A DNA stretch of 64,000 nucleotides from Malacoraja senta (taxonomy: Eukaryota): NCBI GenBank assembly GCA_038087875.1, contig CM075988.1, positions 3,410,001 through 3,474,000 of the forward strand. Reading direction: 5' to 3'. Of this stretch, positions 49,541-63,435 are shown piece by piece (positions within the stretch are counted from its first letter, which is position 1; each line of letters starts with the position of its first letter). Made by a program: the position numbers and the translations under genes. The notes below the pieces were generated by a model. That model saw only the letters and a program-made list of their open reading frames with translations. It searched no databases and was not told the DNA's origin.

Positions 49541-52500
49541 ATTTTACTTCGGAGTCACGTGAGTGACTACGTGAAGAAGGCCGTCAAGGCGCAAGCGCGT
49601 CATTACGTCTGACGCATTGCGCAACGACTGACTGACAGGCGCTGTTCCTGCCAGCGGTAAGTTTAAATCTTCAGGTAAGTTTCAAAACTTATGTCTAGGT
49701 TCTGTTTTTTGTGTTGCAGGAAGCTCTTTACAGGGTTTGCCTGCTGGATTCGGGGCGAAGTCGGACGGGCCGCAGGGAATCCGGTTATGGACCGTGGGGA
49801 GATCCCAGTCTCGACCGAGGTAGCCGGCGGCCGTTCGGGCTCGCAACCCAAGTCGCTGACAATGCGGTCAGCGGCTCCCAGACCGCTATGGTTCCACACA
49901 AAGGGTGTAAAACCAGCAGTAAGCCGGTCTCGGCACCCGAGTCGCTGACAGTGCGGTCAGCGGCTCCTAGACCGCTATGGTGCCCCAGTAAGGGGTCAAA
50001 CCAGCAGTAAGCTGGTCAGGCCAGGAGGGTTCCCCTCCTTCAATGGGTGCGTCTACGGACGCCTAAACCCACATGGAGCACCTGATGGAGAGGTTGCTCC
50101 ACTATGATATACTCCAAAGGAGAGAGTTATCAGCACAGGTCTCCTCGGGGGCCCGAGGCAGCGGCACCTGTTTCGGGGCTGCACAATGTCTCCCTCTCTG
50201 AGAAGGGGAGCATTCAGGGTCAGTTTCAGTCTGACAGACATAAAATCCTGATATAGGTTCGTAGGAGGGGCCATGTCAGCACAGGTATCTTCAGGAGCCT
50301 GTGGCAGCACCTGTTTTCAGGGCTGCCCACAAATCTCCCTCTCTGTGGAGAGGAGTGCGAGGAAATACTCGCAAGCGAAGGGGTTACTGCCGGAAGAATT
50401 GGTTCCAGCCGTTGGCAGAAAACCCGGAAGGGCCCAGAGTTCCCCTCACGCTACAAGTATCGGCAGTAAGCAGTTCACTGAAGCTGGTGGCAGCTTGAAA
50501 GCTGGCCAAGGTCCAGGGGCTTACCATAAGACCACTGCTAACCATGGGGGCAGGTGGGTCTGGTTCTTTCGAAACATGGGGTAAGCGGACCATTTACAAG
50601 TTGGTAATATTTACACTTGGGTTTGTACAAATGACAATAATCACATGAGATTCAGATCCGTTATATACTGAAAATTATAACATGTGATTGGATTATTATG
50701 GCAGTATACAGGGTACCAAGTATGGCTTGGAATTGGTGCCAGAGTTGTCATTCGGGGCAGGCTCAGTATTACGGCCAGGATTGCCTTCCGAAACAAGCTC
50801 GGAAATATGGCCAGAGTTATCTTTCGAGGCAGGCTCAGAATTATGGCCAGAGTTGTCTTTTGAGGCAGGCTCAGTATTATGGCCAGGATTACCTTTCGAG
50901 ACAGGCTCGGGAATCTGGCCAGAGTTGCGTACGAGGCAGGCATGGAATCATGGCAGGCGTAGCCTGTTCATTGTGAAAGATGGAGGATGTCAGTTTTTTA
51001 ATTGATTTAACTGACTTTTCAGTATATGGAACTTCGTTACTGTCTAACATCTGCTTTCCTTAGGATCTTTATGGCATGCATCGATTTCAAAGATGAATAC
51101 TATTCAGGTCCCATTCACAGGGATCACCGGAGACATTTGAAATTTTATCTGGATGGGGCAATGATAACAGTTAAGGCATTGCAAATGGGCTAACTTCAGC
51201 TCGCAGGTCATCTACCAAATTACTAAACCGGTCCTTGGACTGCTCAGAGCACAAAAGCACTTGTTATGGCTTAGCTGGATAATATTCTAAACGCTGTGTT
51301 TTGCTAAAATTAACTGTTTCAGCCACGACTATATTTGAGAAATTGAAGTCCCTCATCCATCCAGTTAAATTTAAGTTGATACCAACTGGAGTTTGGTCAT
51401 TCGGATTTACCTTTAACTATTAATTTATCTGTGACTCCGCCCTGGGGCAAGAGATTGGAATCTATAGAAACCTGTAACAACCTTGTTATCAAGCACTTCT
51501 ATTCATCAAGTATAATTGGCAATATAGTAGCTGTGTTTCAGCTGTGTAATTGGGCCTTTGCATTATCAGAACTTACAACGTGTAAGTAGTAACCTCTCAT
51601 GTGCCATATAGGTAATTGTTAACAATCCTATGCTATTACCAGTTGAAGCTACCTAAGTCACAATGGTGGACGAACTATATTCAGCATTGCTCCAGTAATT
51701 TTGGTCTAGTGCTCAAAGATTGAAAATTATGAATGCCATCTCTAGTTACGGAAGCGGATGAGATTTGCATGAATTACCCATTCTTCAGTTTTGGTATCAA
51801 CTACCTATAGACACTAGGTGCATACTATGGGTTAAAGGGTTATTGTGCGGATATGCATGATCTGCATGCTCAGTTCCAGGTTAATACACTGTGGTGGTGG
51901 CATATGTTGGTCACATGGGTGCAATTAAGTCAAAGTATCCTGTCATAAATTACCCAACCTTATTTGGTGCTGCTGTATCATCACGTAAAATCAATAACAA
52001 CACAGAATGGATGTTGGATCGCAAAGTATTTTATGACATTATGGCTCGATGGAACACCGAATATCAATATGTTTGCATCCAGCCTCATTCACCGGTTGTA
52101 AAGACATGTGGCATCACAGTGGCGAGAGATACATTCTCGCTACACGGGGGAGGAATGTTATTTTATGTCGTTGCTCCATTTTGCCTGATCAATTGGGTCT
52201 TGCAATAAATTCAGCAAGATCCCGCTTCAGGGTTTTTCATACTGACTGGCCTATGTAGCCATGGTTTCCCGCAAATGTTGTGAATTATAGTAGAACCTTA
52301 TATGGGGTTTCTAAACATAAACCTTTGCTGGTTCATCCTGGGACTCGGGGAACCAGCCTCTGCATGATTAATCAATTCATTGCCTTACAGAATCTGAGAA
52401 GACAGCTCCTGCGGCTCGGGTTGTCAGACCGATCCGTGTATGTGCTCACTGCAGAGTGCAGGGATAGCACCAAAAAAGCAGTACATTTCCTCTTCAGCAG

Positions 52501-53867
52501 ATGGGAAGCGTTCTGTTTAAATGCTATGTTACATATAATACTGCACGGAAACTGACGTCTTAGAGTTCATTTTCAATGGGCCCTTGACAATAAACTAAGT
52601 TATAGTCCCATTAACTGTGCCCACCGTGCTTTCTCATCATATTTGCTGCAGCGAGCGGGACCCGCTCTGTTGGGTCTCACCCTCTAATATCCAGTTTATT
52701 AAGGATATCTTTACATAAGTTCTCCCAGACCCAAGTACACAGAAGTATGGGATATTGACATTGTGTTAACATTACTTCACCAGGGGGTTCCAGCTATATC
52801 CTTGTCTTTGGTTCGGCTCAAATAAGGTAGTTATCCCTTGGCGCTGTTCTCAGCGCAACGGGTCCAGTCATTACATAAATTGCGACTGGACAGGATGGTC
52901 ACCTGCTAATAATGTGATATTTCATGTTTACAATTTAGTTAAGCAGGCAGCCCAGGGGTGTCAGGTCTCAAACTAGTTCTCTTAGCATACCCAATGCACC
53001 TTTGTTTATGTGTGCTCACACATTTACAACATTACCTCAAGATCAATTAGAGCCTTAGAGGCTCTTATACTAGCTATGTTTGTTAGTTACAATAACCGCA
53101 TAAGAAGGTATCAGTTCAGACCATCTCCAGGTGGTTAAAACAGGGTTTTGGCTTATGCAGGAGTAGATACTAATTTTCTAATCTCACTCCACCAGGGCTG
53201 CTACAACATCAGCAGCAAGGGTTGTACGTTCCTCTGGACCACATCCTGCCGACTGTCGGATGGTCTAACGAACAAGTTTTCCATACATTTTATATTAACC
53301 CATAGCCAGACCAGGGGTATTTTCCAACTATATTTTAGGTTTTATTTTATAGTTTTCCCCCGGATGAGAGGGATACTATTATTATTATTTGTTCATTTAT
53401 TAGCATCAGCATGTTTTAGATCTATGTCATGTCTGTATGCATTATGAATGTTTCCCTTTTCTGTGGTCAACTGATGCAGTCGTGCTTGTGTGGACTCGTT
53501 TTTCACGGCATGAAATCACAGAGCTTTGAAATCTTCACATAGTTACTCACGTGACTCCGAAGTAAAATAGTAAGATTAAACGAGAACTTACCAGTTTGAA
53601 GTTTGATCTTTATTTTATGAGGAGTTACGATGAGCGATTACGTGCCCTCCGCTCCCAACCCTCGTATCATAAAGATCATCTGGTAGTTCTAGTCATCTCT
53701 AATCTTACTATGTTAGTTCAACAACTGTTATCTGTGATTTCACACCGCTGCTTTGAAGATTGACGTGCATGCACCTTGACGGCCTTCTTCACGTAATCGC
53801 TCTTCGTAACTCCTCATAAAATAAAGATCAAACTTCAAACTGGTAAGTTCTCGTTTAATCTTACTAT
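49541..53867 (+). mobile_element. DIRS1-type retrotransposon, heavily degenerate (copy 2)
   Basis: Left ITR 49541-49602, ICR 53532-53644, right ITR 53761-53867; collinear decayed gag/RT/YR similarity to copy 1. Confidence 0.92.
50735..50940 (+). repeat. 36-bp tandem repeat (~6 copies) inside DIRS copy 2
   Basis: Unit ggccagagttatctttcgaggcaggctcagaattat (WPELSFEAGSEL). Confidence 0.85.
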
Positions 53868-54193
53868 CATTCATTACAATGGCTCCACTCTTTGACACCT
53901 CTAGTCTAACAGCAGCCCTTTGTCCTGTATCTGTACACTGCGAACCACGATTGTAATCATGTATTGTCTTTTCGCTAACTGGATAGCACGCAACATAAAA
54001 GCATTTCACTGCTCCTCGGTACATGTGACAATAAATGTAAGTAAACTAACCTAAATGACACTAAACTAAACTAAACTAAACTAGCCTAGTCGAGTGATAG
54101 TAGATGGGGTTAAGTTTAAACAGAGTCTGCTGCTTTAGTGGAAACAGTGATTTTAACCTGTACCTAATCTCTCTCACCCTTCCTGATCTTTAG

Positions 54194-54383
54194 ATTGAAC
54201 AATGCTCCAGTGAAAGGCTACGAACAAGACGTGGGCAACAAGACTACCCTGAGGATCTTTTACCCTGAATCGGCAATGAAAGACCTGGCTATTGAAAACA
54301 ATCCCGACACGCTCTTTGTGTTGATCCCTTTCAAAGCAGTTGATGTCTACTGGCTGAAGGCAATTTTATATAATGAATCAAAT
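54194..54383 (+). CDS. ST3GAL4: Sialylmotif L second half (LNNAPVKGYEQDVGNKTTLRIFYPESA...ENNPDTLFVLIPFKAVDVYWLKAILYNESN), 190 nt
   Basis: LNNAPV.GYE.DVG.KTT.R.FYPESA and ENNPDTL.VL..FKA.D..W are ST3GAL4-like; tctttag| and |gtaagt; in frame with 35453. Confidence 0.97.
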
Positions 54384-54647
54384 GTAAGTATCATGGATAA
54401 GACACAACATTTTGGAATTACTCAGCGGGACAGGCAGCATCTCTGGATAGAAGGAATGGGTTTGGGGTCAAGACCCTTGACGTTTCGGGTCAAGATCCTT
54501 CTTCAGACTGATTAGAACTGGACACAGATATCTGCAGGTGCTGGAACCTTGCGTAGAATAAATAGTGCTGGAGTAACTCAACCGGTCGGGCAGCATCCCT
54601 GGAGGACATGGATAGGTGACATCTTACATCATATGTCATGATTTAGG

Positions 54648-55960
54648 ATATATTAACGATTTAGACGAGGGAAGTAAATGTAACATCTCCAAGTTTGCGG
54701 ATGACATAAAGCTGGGTGGCTGTGTGAGTTGTAATGATGATGCTATGAGGCTGCAGGGTAATTTGGATAAGTTGGGTGAGTGGGCAGATGCATGGCAGAT
54801 GCAGTATAATGTGGATAAATGTGAGGTTATCCACTTTGGTGGCAAGAACAGGAAGGCAGATTATTATCTGAATGGTCAGATTAGGTGAAGGGGAGGTGCA
54901 ACGAGACCTGGTTGTGCTTGTACATCAGTCACTGAAAGTAAGCATGCAGATATAGCAGGGAGTGAAGAAAGGCATTTTGGCCTTCATTGCGAGAGGATTT
55001 GAGTTTAGGAGCAAGGAAGTCCTTCTGCAGTTGTACAGGGCTCTGGTGAGACCGCACCTGGAGTATTGTGTGCAATTTTGGTCTCCAAATTTGAGGAAGA
55101 ACATTATTGCTATTGAGGAAGTGCAGCGTAGGTTCACCAGGTTATTTCCCGGGATGGCGGGACAGACATATGATTAAAGAATGGGTCGACTGGGCTTGTA
55201 TTCACTGGAATTTGGAAGGATGAGAGGGAATCTTATAAAAACATATAACCTTCTGAAAGGATTAGACAGGTTAGATGCAAGAAAAATGTTCCTGATGTTG
55301 GGGGAGTCTAGAACTAGGGGGTCACAGTTTAAGTGTAAGGAGTACGCAATTTAGGACTGAGATAAGGAAAAAAAAATCACCCAGAGAATTGTGAATCTGT
55401 GGAATTCTCTGCCACAGAAGTCTGTGGAGCCAAGAGAGAGTTAAGGCTCTGTCTCACGGTGTTGCGGTCATCGGCGGTGAAGCGCAGCTTCGCCTGTAGA
55501 GGGGACCGCACGGCAACGGCGGCGGCTGTGCTGATCGCGGAGCTGTAGGCTGTGGCGGCGGCCGTGCCGCACTCGTGCCACACTGGTGGTGGCTGTGGCG
55601 GCGGCCGTGCCGCGCTCGTGCCTCACTGGCGGAGGCTGTGCGGTAGGGACATATTTTTGAACAGTGTTGGTTTTATTTTAGCACCGTGCGGTGTTGGGAA
55701 CAACGCCGCACGGCCCCGGAATTGTGCGTTTGACCGAGTGCGCGGTCTATGGCGGCCCAGGAGCGGTAGATTCTTCCCGTTTCGCCGCCAATGACCACAG
55801 ACTCGTGAGACAGGCCTTTTAGATTTAGCTCTTCGGGCTAAAGGAATCAGGGGATATGGGGAAAAATCAGGAACGGGGTACTGATTTTAGATGATCAGCC
55901 ATGATCATATTGAATGGCGGTGCTGGTTCGAAGGGCTGAATGGCCTCCCTATGTTTTGTA
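54648..55960 (+). mobile_element. CR1 LINE 3' part interrupted by a Harbinger-like MITE
   Basis: INDLDEG...FADD.KL; MITE 55444-55817 with TTA TSD and TIR AAGGC.CTGTCTCACG / CGTGAGACAGGCCTT. Confidence 0.9.
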
Positions 55961-56154
55961 TGTCATAGGTGTAATAGTGGGCCATTTGGCCCATCAGGTC
56001 CATTCCACCATTCAATCATGGCTCATCTATCTTTCCCCTTCAACGCCACTGTACTGCCTTCTCTCCATAACCCTTGACACACCAACTAATCAAAACCTTT
56101 TGGGTCGGGACCCTTCTTCAGACTGCTATTAGAACTATACTGCTCTCCAATTTT

Positions 56155-58421
56155 GAGAGTTTAGGACAAGAGGGCACAGCTTCAGAATAAAAGGATGTAC
56201 TGTACCTTTAGAAAAGAGATGAGAAGGAATTTCTTGGGTCAGAGGGTGGAGAATCTGTGGAATTCATTGCCACAGAAGGCTGTGGAAGCCAAATCATTGG
56301 ATATTTTAAGGAGGAGGTTGACATATTTTTGATTTGTGCAGATGTCAAGTGTTATGGGGAGAAGGTAGGAGAATGAGATTGATTAGTGAAAGATAGTTCA
56401 GCCATGATTGAATAGCAAAGTAGACTTAATGGACTGAATGGCCAACTTCTGCTCCTATGACATGAAAACCACTTTCTGTGAGTGCTGTGCACTGCAGGGG
56501 CTTAATGAGTGAAACGGGCAGCACAGTGACACAGTGGTAGAGTCACAGCTCACAGCGCCAGAGATCCAGGTTTGATCCTGACTACGGGTGATGTCTGTAT
56601 GTAGTATGTACGTTCTCCCTGTGACTGCGTGGGTCTTCGTACATTCTCAGTGCCCACACATTCAATAGTATCAAACTAAGTAGTGTCCGCACTTATCATT
56701 AAAGAAAGTGTGGCATGGTGGCGTAGTGGTAGAGCTACTGCCTTACAGCGCCTGTGACCCAGGTTCGATCCTGACTATGGGTGTTTGTCTATACAGAGTT
56801 TGCACATTCTCCCCGTGACCTGCGTAGGTTTTCTCCAAGATGTTCAATTTCTCCCACACTCCAAAGACGTATGGGGTTGTAGGTTAATTGGCTTTGTATC
56901 AATGTAAATTGTCACTAGTGTGTGTAGGATAGTGGTTGTGTGCGGGAATCGCTGTTGGTGCGGACTCGGTGGGCCGGAGGGCCTGTTTCCGCGCTGTATC
57001 TACAAAAATACCCTTGCCACTCTCATTCACCCTGCAAACCCCTCAACCATTAAACTACAGGAGGGATAGTATTTACCTGTCAATCTCAGCTGGCATGTGG
57101 GACTTTGTTTTGATCAGTATCTGTCTGATAATCTGCTCTGGAAGGATGAGAAGAAAATGTTATAAAGATACAATGATTGTTTTCAAGCGAGCGTACATTT
57201 TTTCATTGATTCTCCCTGTGACCGCGTGGGTTTTCTCCGGGTGCTCCGGTTTCCCCCCACACTCCAAAGACGTGCAGGTTTGTAGGTTAATTGGGCTCTG
57301 TAAAAAAATTGTAAATTGTCCCTAGTGTGTGTAGGATCGTGCTAGTGTAAGGAATGATCGCTAGTCGGTGCGGACTCGGTGGGCTAAAGTCTAAAGATTC
57401 CTACTTCTCAACCTGCCACACTTCCTATTAATTTTAGTTTAGTTTAGAGATACAACGCAGAAACAGGCCCTTCGGCCCTCCGAGTCTGCACCGACCAGCG
57501 ATCCCCGCACATTAACGCTATCCTACACACACACATTAGGGCCAATTTTTACACATATATCAAGCCAATTAACCTACAAACCTGTACGTCATTGGAATGT
57601 GGGAGGAAAACGAAGTTCTCGGAGAAACCCACGCAGGTCATGGTGAAAGGTACAAACTCCGTACACACAGCACCTGTGGTTGGGATCGAACCCGGGGCTC
57701 TGGCATTGAAAGCACTGTAATGCAGCAACTCTACCACTGCGCCACCTTGCTGCCCCCTGTTCCTGTGCTGTACTGTTCTATTCATGTTTAAAGCATCTGT
57801 ATTTCCAGCACTGCTGCCAACTTCCAACACTCAGTGTTCATGAGCTGCCACGTTGAGCTGGGACACTGGGGCTGGACTGAGAGCTCCCGATAATATTTCA
57901 GCCATCACATTGCACACACTTTTGGGGGGGGGGGGGGGTGGCACGGTGGTGCAGCTGTAGAGTTGCTGCCTCCCAGCGCCAGAGACCCAGGTTTGATCCT
58001 GACTATGACTGCTGTCAATATAGAGTTTGCACGTTCTCCCTGTGGTCACGTGGATGTTCTCCGGGTGCTCCAGTTTCCTTCCACATTGCAATGATGCACA
58101 GGTTTGTAGGTTAATTGGCTTCTGTAAATAATCCCCGGTGTGGAGGATAGATCTAGTGATCATTGGTCGTTGCACACACATTTGGCCTCAGGGCCTGTTT
58201 CCATGCTGTATCTCGAAATTAATCTAAATGTTTGTGGTAAGAGTTTCTGTAAATCTCTGAGTTGTCATTGGTCTCTGGACAATTTCACAAAGTAACCTGC
58301 AGTTGGCAAATTCATTTTAATTCAAACTGCAAATGTTCACCCACATAATTAGCCAACCCTCGAGGCTAACAAATGTTTGTATAAATTGACAGGAAGGTGA
58401 CTGCCTCGCACAAGGGCTTCA
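56155..58421 (-). repeat. Right arm of the inverted duplication (mirror of 27182-29990)
   Basis: Base-by-base reverse complement apart from a ~400-bp deletion and absence of the 28237-28360 insertion. Confidence 0.92.
57077..57137 (-). pseudogene. ST3GAL4: Antisense duplicate of the 61-nt sialyltransferase exon
   Basis: Identical to 28617-28677 except synonymous CCG>CCA; both splice sites intact. Confidence 0.9.
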
Positions 58422-59371
58422 GTGAAAAGCCTGGACAGAGTGGATGTGGAGAGGATGTTTGCACTAGTGGGAGCGTCTCGGACCAGAGGTCATAACCTCA
58501 GAATTAAAGGATATTTCTTTAGGAAGGAGGAGTTTCTTTCGTCAGTGGGTGGTGAATCTGTGGAATCCCTTGCCACAGAAGGGTGTGGAGGCCGTCAATG
58601 GATATTTTTAAGGCAGAGATAGATAGATTCTTGATTAGTACGGTTGTCAAGGGTTATGAGGAGAAGGCAGGAGAATGGGGTCAGGAGGGAGATATAGATC
58701 AGCCATGATTGAACGGCGGAGTAGACTTGATGGGCTGAATGGCCTAATTCTGCTCCTATCACTTATGACCTTATGACGTTATGACCAATAATTCGGATGA
58801 CATTGTTTAAATGTCGTCCATCATGGGTACTGACCTCCCCACCATCAAAGTGATTTACAGCATAGCCTGCCTCAAAAGGACAGCCAGCATCATCAGAGAC
58901 CCACACATTCATTTCACTCCTGCCATCAGGTAGAAGATGTAGGAACCTGGAAACTGCAACATCCAGGTTTAAATATAGCTTCTTCCTTCTAGCCATCAGG
59001 CTATTAAGCACCACAACTTCCAAATAAGCTCTGAACTACATGGACTTGGGGGGAGACTCAAAATGCTGGAGTAAACCAGCGGGACAGGTAGCATCTCTGG
59101 AGAGAAGGAATGGGTGACGTTTTGGGAGACCCTTCTTCGACCCGAAACGTCACCCATTCCTTCTCTCGACAGATGTTGCCTGTCCCACTGAGTTACCCCT
59201 GCATTTAGTGTCTACCTTCGGTGTAAACTAGCATCTGCAGTACCTTCCGACACATATAGACTTGGGGGCATTAGTTTTGTCTTTTTGCACTATTATTGTC
59301 TGTTTGTTTGTTTTACGTGTATGCTTGTATGCGTGTCTGTACGTGTGTACGTATATATATGTGTATATGTA

Positions 59372-60614
59372 CTGGACCATGCAGACCCGTTGGGTCTGAT
59401 CCCCCAGTGCAAGATTCCACCACTCATCCGTTCCCCCAATGCAATATTGCACCACTCACTCATAGCCCCAAACTGCGCAGGCACGGCTCATTTCTCCTCA
59501 TCAGCCAGCACTCCTCCCTCCTCCTCCTCTTCACCCTCCCTCTTCAATCCCTAGAGAGAGAGTGGGGTAGAGAAGGAGGGGTGGTAGAGAGGGAGGAGGT
59601 GTAGAGAGGGGGATGGGCAGAGAGGGAGGGGGCAGAGATGGGGGGAGGGGGGTAGAGAGGGAGAGGGGGCAGAGAGGGAGGGGGAGGGCTTAGAGAGGGA
59701 GGGGAGTAGAGAAGGAGGGTAGAGGGAGGGGGTAGAGAGGGAAAGAGGCAGAGAGGGACGTGTAGAGAGAGAGAGGGAGGGTGGAGAGGTAGAGAGGGAA
59801 AGGTGCAGAGAGGGAGGGGTAGACAGAGAGAGGGTGGGTGTGGAGGGAGAGGGAGGGGGTAGAGTGGGGTGGATGTGGCAACTATCCTCCCTACCCCATC
59901 CTCACTCCCTCCTCCTCATTTCCCTCATCCTCCTCCCCTCACTCCCATTCCCTGCACCAGCATCTACCCAGGTCGTAGAGCAGAGCCAGGGCCTGGAACT
60001 CGGCCTGGTTCTCGTACTCGGCCCGGCCCTGGTTGTAGACTCAAGCCGTCAGCTCGGCCACCGCCTGGGCTCCAGTGCAGGCCCCGACTTCATCTCCAGA
60101 CTCGTCCCTGACCCCGGACACAGGCTCGTCCTTGGTTCCAGTGGAAGCTTCTTTCTCGGCCCCAGTCACAGCCCCATCCCAAGCCCCGGGCTTGGCCCTC
60201 ACTCCAGCTCCAACACCAGCACCTGCACCAGGCTCGGCTCCAGCCCAGGCCGAGTCCCTGGGCTCGGGCTCGGCCCGCGGCACCACCCTCCCCATTGGTC
60301 GTCGGGCGTCGGGCGCCGGCAGCCACTGCCATTCCTCGTTTACAACGAGCGCTGGAGTGTCCCTCGCTCCCGGAGTGTCCCGTCCTGCCTTGCGAGTGCA
60401 TTGCGACGTCACTCTGAATTTTTTTCCCAAAGTGGGTGAGTTCTGGCTGTTTTTAAAATTTCAAGGATCAATAACTTTGGAAATATAGGTGGAAATGGGA
60501 AGATGTTTATCACCACCATGGGAAAAATGTGAGTAGGATGTGTGAAAATGGGAAGGCTGTGGCCTAGCGTTTGGAAGAAAATAGGAATTAACCAGATTCT
60601 CTCTCACGCACGCA

Positions 60615-60699
<85 letters not shown>

Positions 60700-60720
60700 G
60701 CACACGACAAAGCCTTAGTT
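59372..60720 (-). mobile_element. Non-autonomous Helitron-like element, tandem copy 1
   Basis: Minus-strand 3' end CAGACCC-AAC-GGGTCTG hairpin followed by CCAG|T; GA/CT-rich interior; (TG)n at the 5' side. Confidence 0.65.
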
Positions 60721-60724
60721 ATTA

Positions 60725-62003
<1,279 letters not shown>

Positions 62004-62322
62004 CAGACACACACACATAGAGACACACGCTGACACACACACGCAGACACACACACACACACAGACACACCCACACACACACACACACCCACACACATGC
62101 ACGCACAGACACACAGACACACACACACATAGAGACACACGCAGACACACACACACACGCAGACACACACACATGCAGACACACACACACGCAGACACAC
62201 ACACAGACAGACACACACACACCAACACGATGAATACTTTTAGTTATATTATATGATATATAATATATGCACACAGATATATACATATATATAATGAAAA
62301 CAATACAATGAAAAATAAAAAT

Positions 62323-62405
<83 letters not shown>

Positions 62406-62461
62406 TTTACAAATTCTGTAGTGCTGCTGCAAGTAAGAATTACATCATTCTGATTGCGAAC

Positions 62462-63435
62462 AAAACACTCTTGACCCTCTTGACTTGGTGCTCTAAGTTC
62501 CCGAGTTACACTTTCCACTACATCACCAATACTGTTTGTGGTTCTATCTACAGCCTCCACCAATGTTTCCTTATTCTTGCTATTTCTCAACTGCATCCAA
62601 GCTAATTCTACTTCGAGACTGTCTGTGTCATTTCCACTGTCTTTATCTTCAGTAGCAGACATACCGCGCGCCTCATTTCGTTGTTTCCCCAGTCCACTGT
62701 TGTTGATAAGGGTAGAAGCAGCTTGAAATTCTGTGCAGATCAGAGAATAACAGTTACCATTCCAGATCACTCATCTTTCATCTGAACGATGAAATGCTTG
62801 AAGTAAAATGGTTGCAGTGAGGGGAGGAGGAGGGGAGAACAAAAGAAATGGCCACTGGGGAGAAGGAATGGGTGACGCTTCAGGTTGAGACCCTTCTTCA
62901 GACTGACAGTCACGCCCTTTTCCCGTGACTTTCAGTCTGAAGAAGGGTCTCGTCCCGAAACATCACCCATTCCTTCTCTCCAGAGATCATGCCTGTCCTG
63001 CTGTCCAGCATTTTGTCTCTATCTTCAGTTTAAACCAGCATCTGCAGTTCCTTCTTACACAAAGGGCCTGTTGTGGTTGAGAGGGTAAGAGAGACTGAGT
63101 GATAGATCATGTGGTGTTGCAGGTGGAGATAGGGTGGAGAAGGCTTGTCTCTTGTAGATAGTCTGCTGGAGGAGATGTACATAGACAGTCTGAAGTGTTG
63201 CTGAAATTATGGGAAATAAACTCTGCAGTTGTCGGAAATCTGTAGTAAAGGGAAAATACCCAACAGATAAAGTGGTATCTGTCTTGCAGTTTAGTTTATT
63301 ATTGCCACGTGTACCGAGGTGCAGTGACAAGCTTTTGTTGCGTGCTATCCAGTCAGCGGAAAGACAATACATGATTACAATGGATACATTTACAGTGTAT
63401 TGATACATGATAAAAGTCAGAAATGTTGCTGCAGG
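62462..63435 (-). repeat. Outer block of the inverted duplication (mirror of ~19500-20405)
   Basis: Unique sequence such as GCAAGACAGATACCACTTTATCTGTTGGG and GACAGTGGAAATGACAC matches in reverse complement. Confidence 0.92.

Noticed and set aside
50735..50940. 36-bp repeats resembling a CRISPR array
   Set aside because: Contiguous tandem units without unique spacers, vertebrate context and no cas genes.
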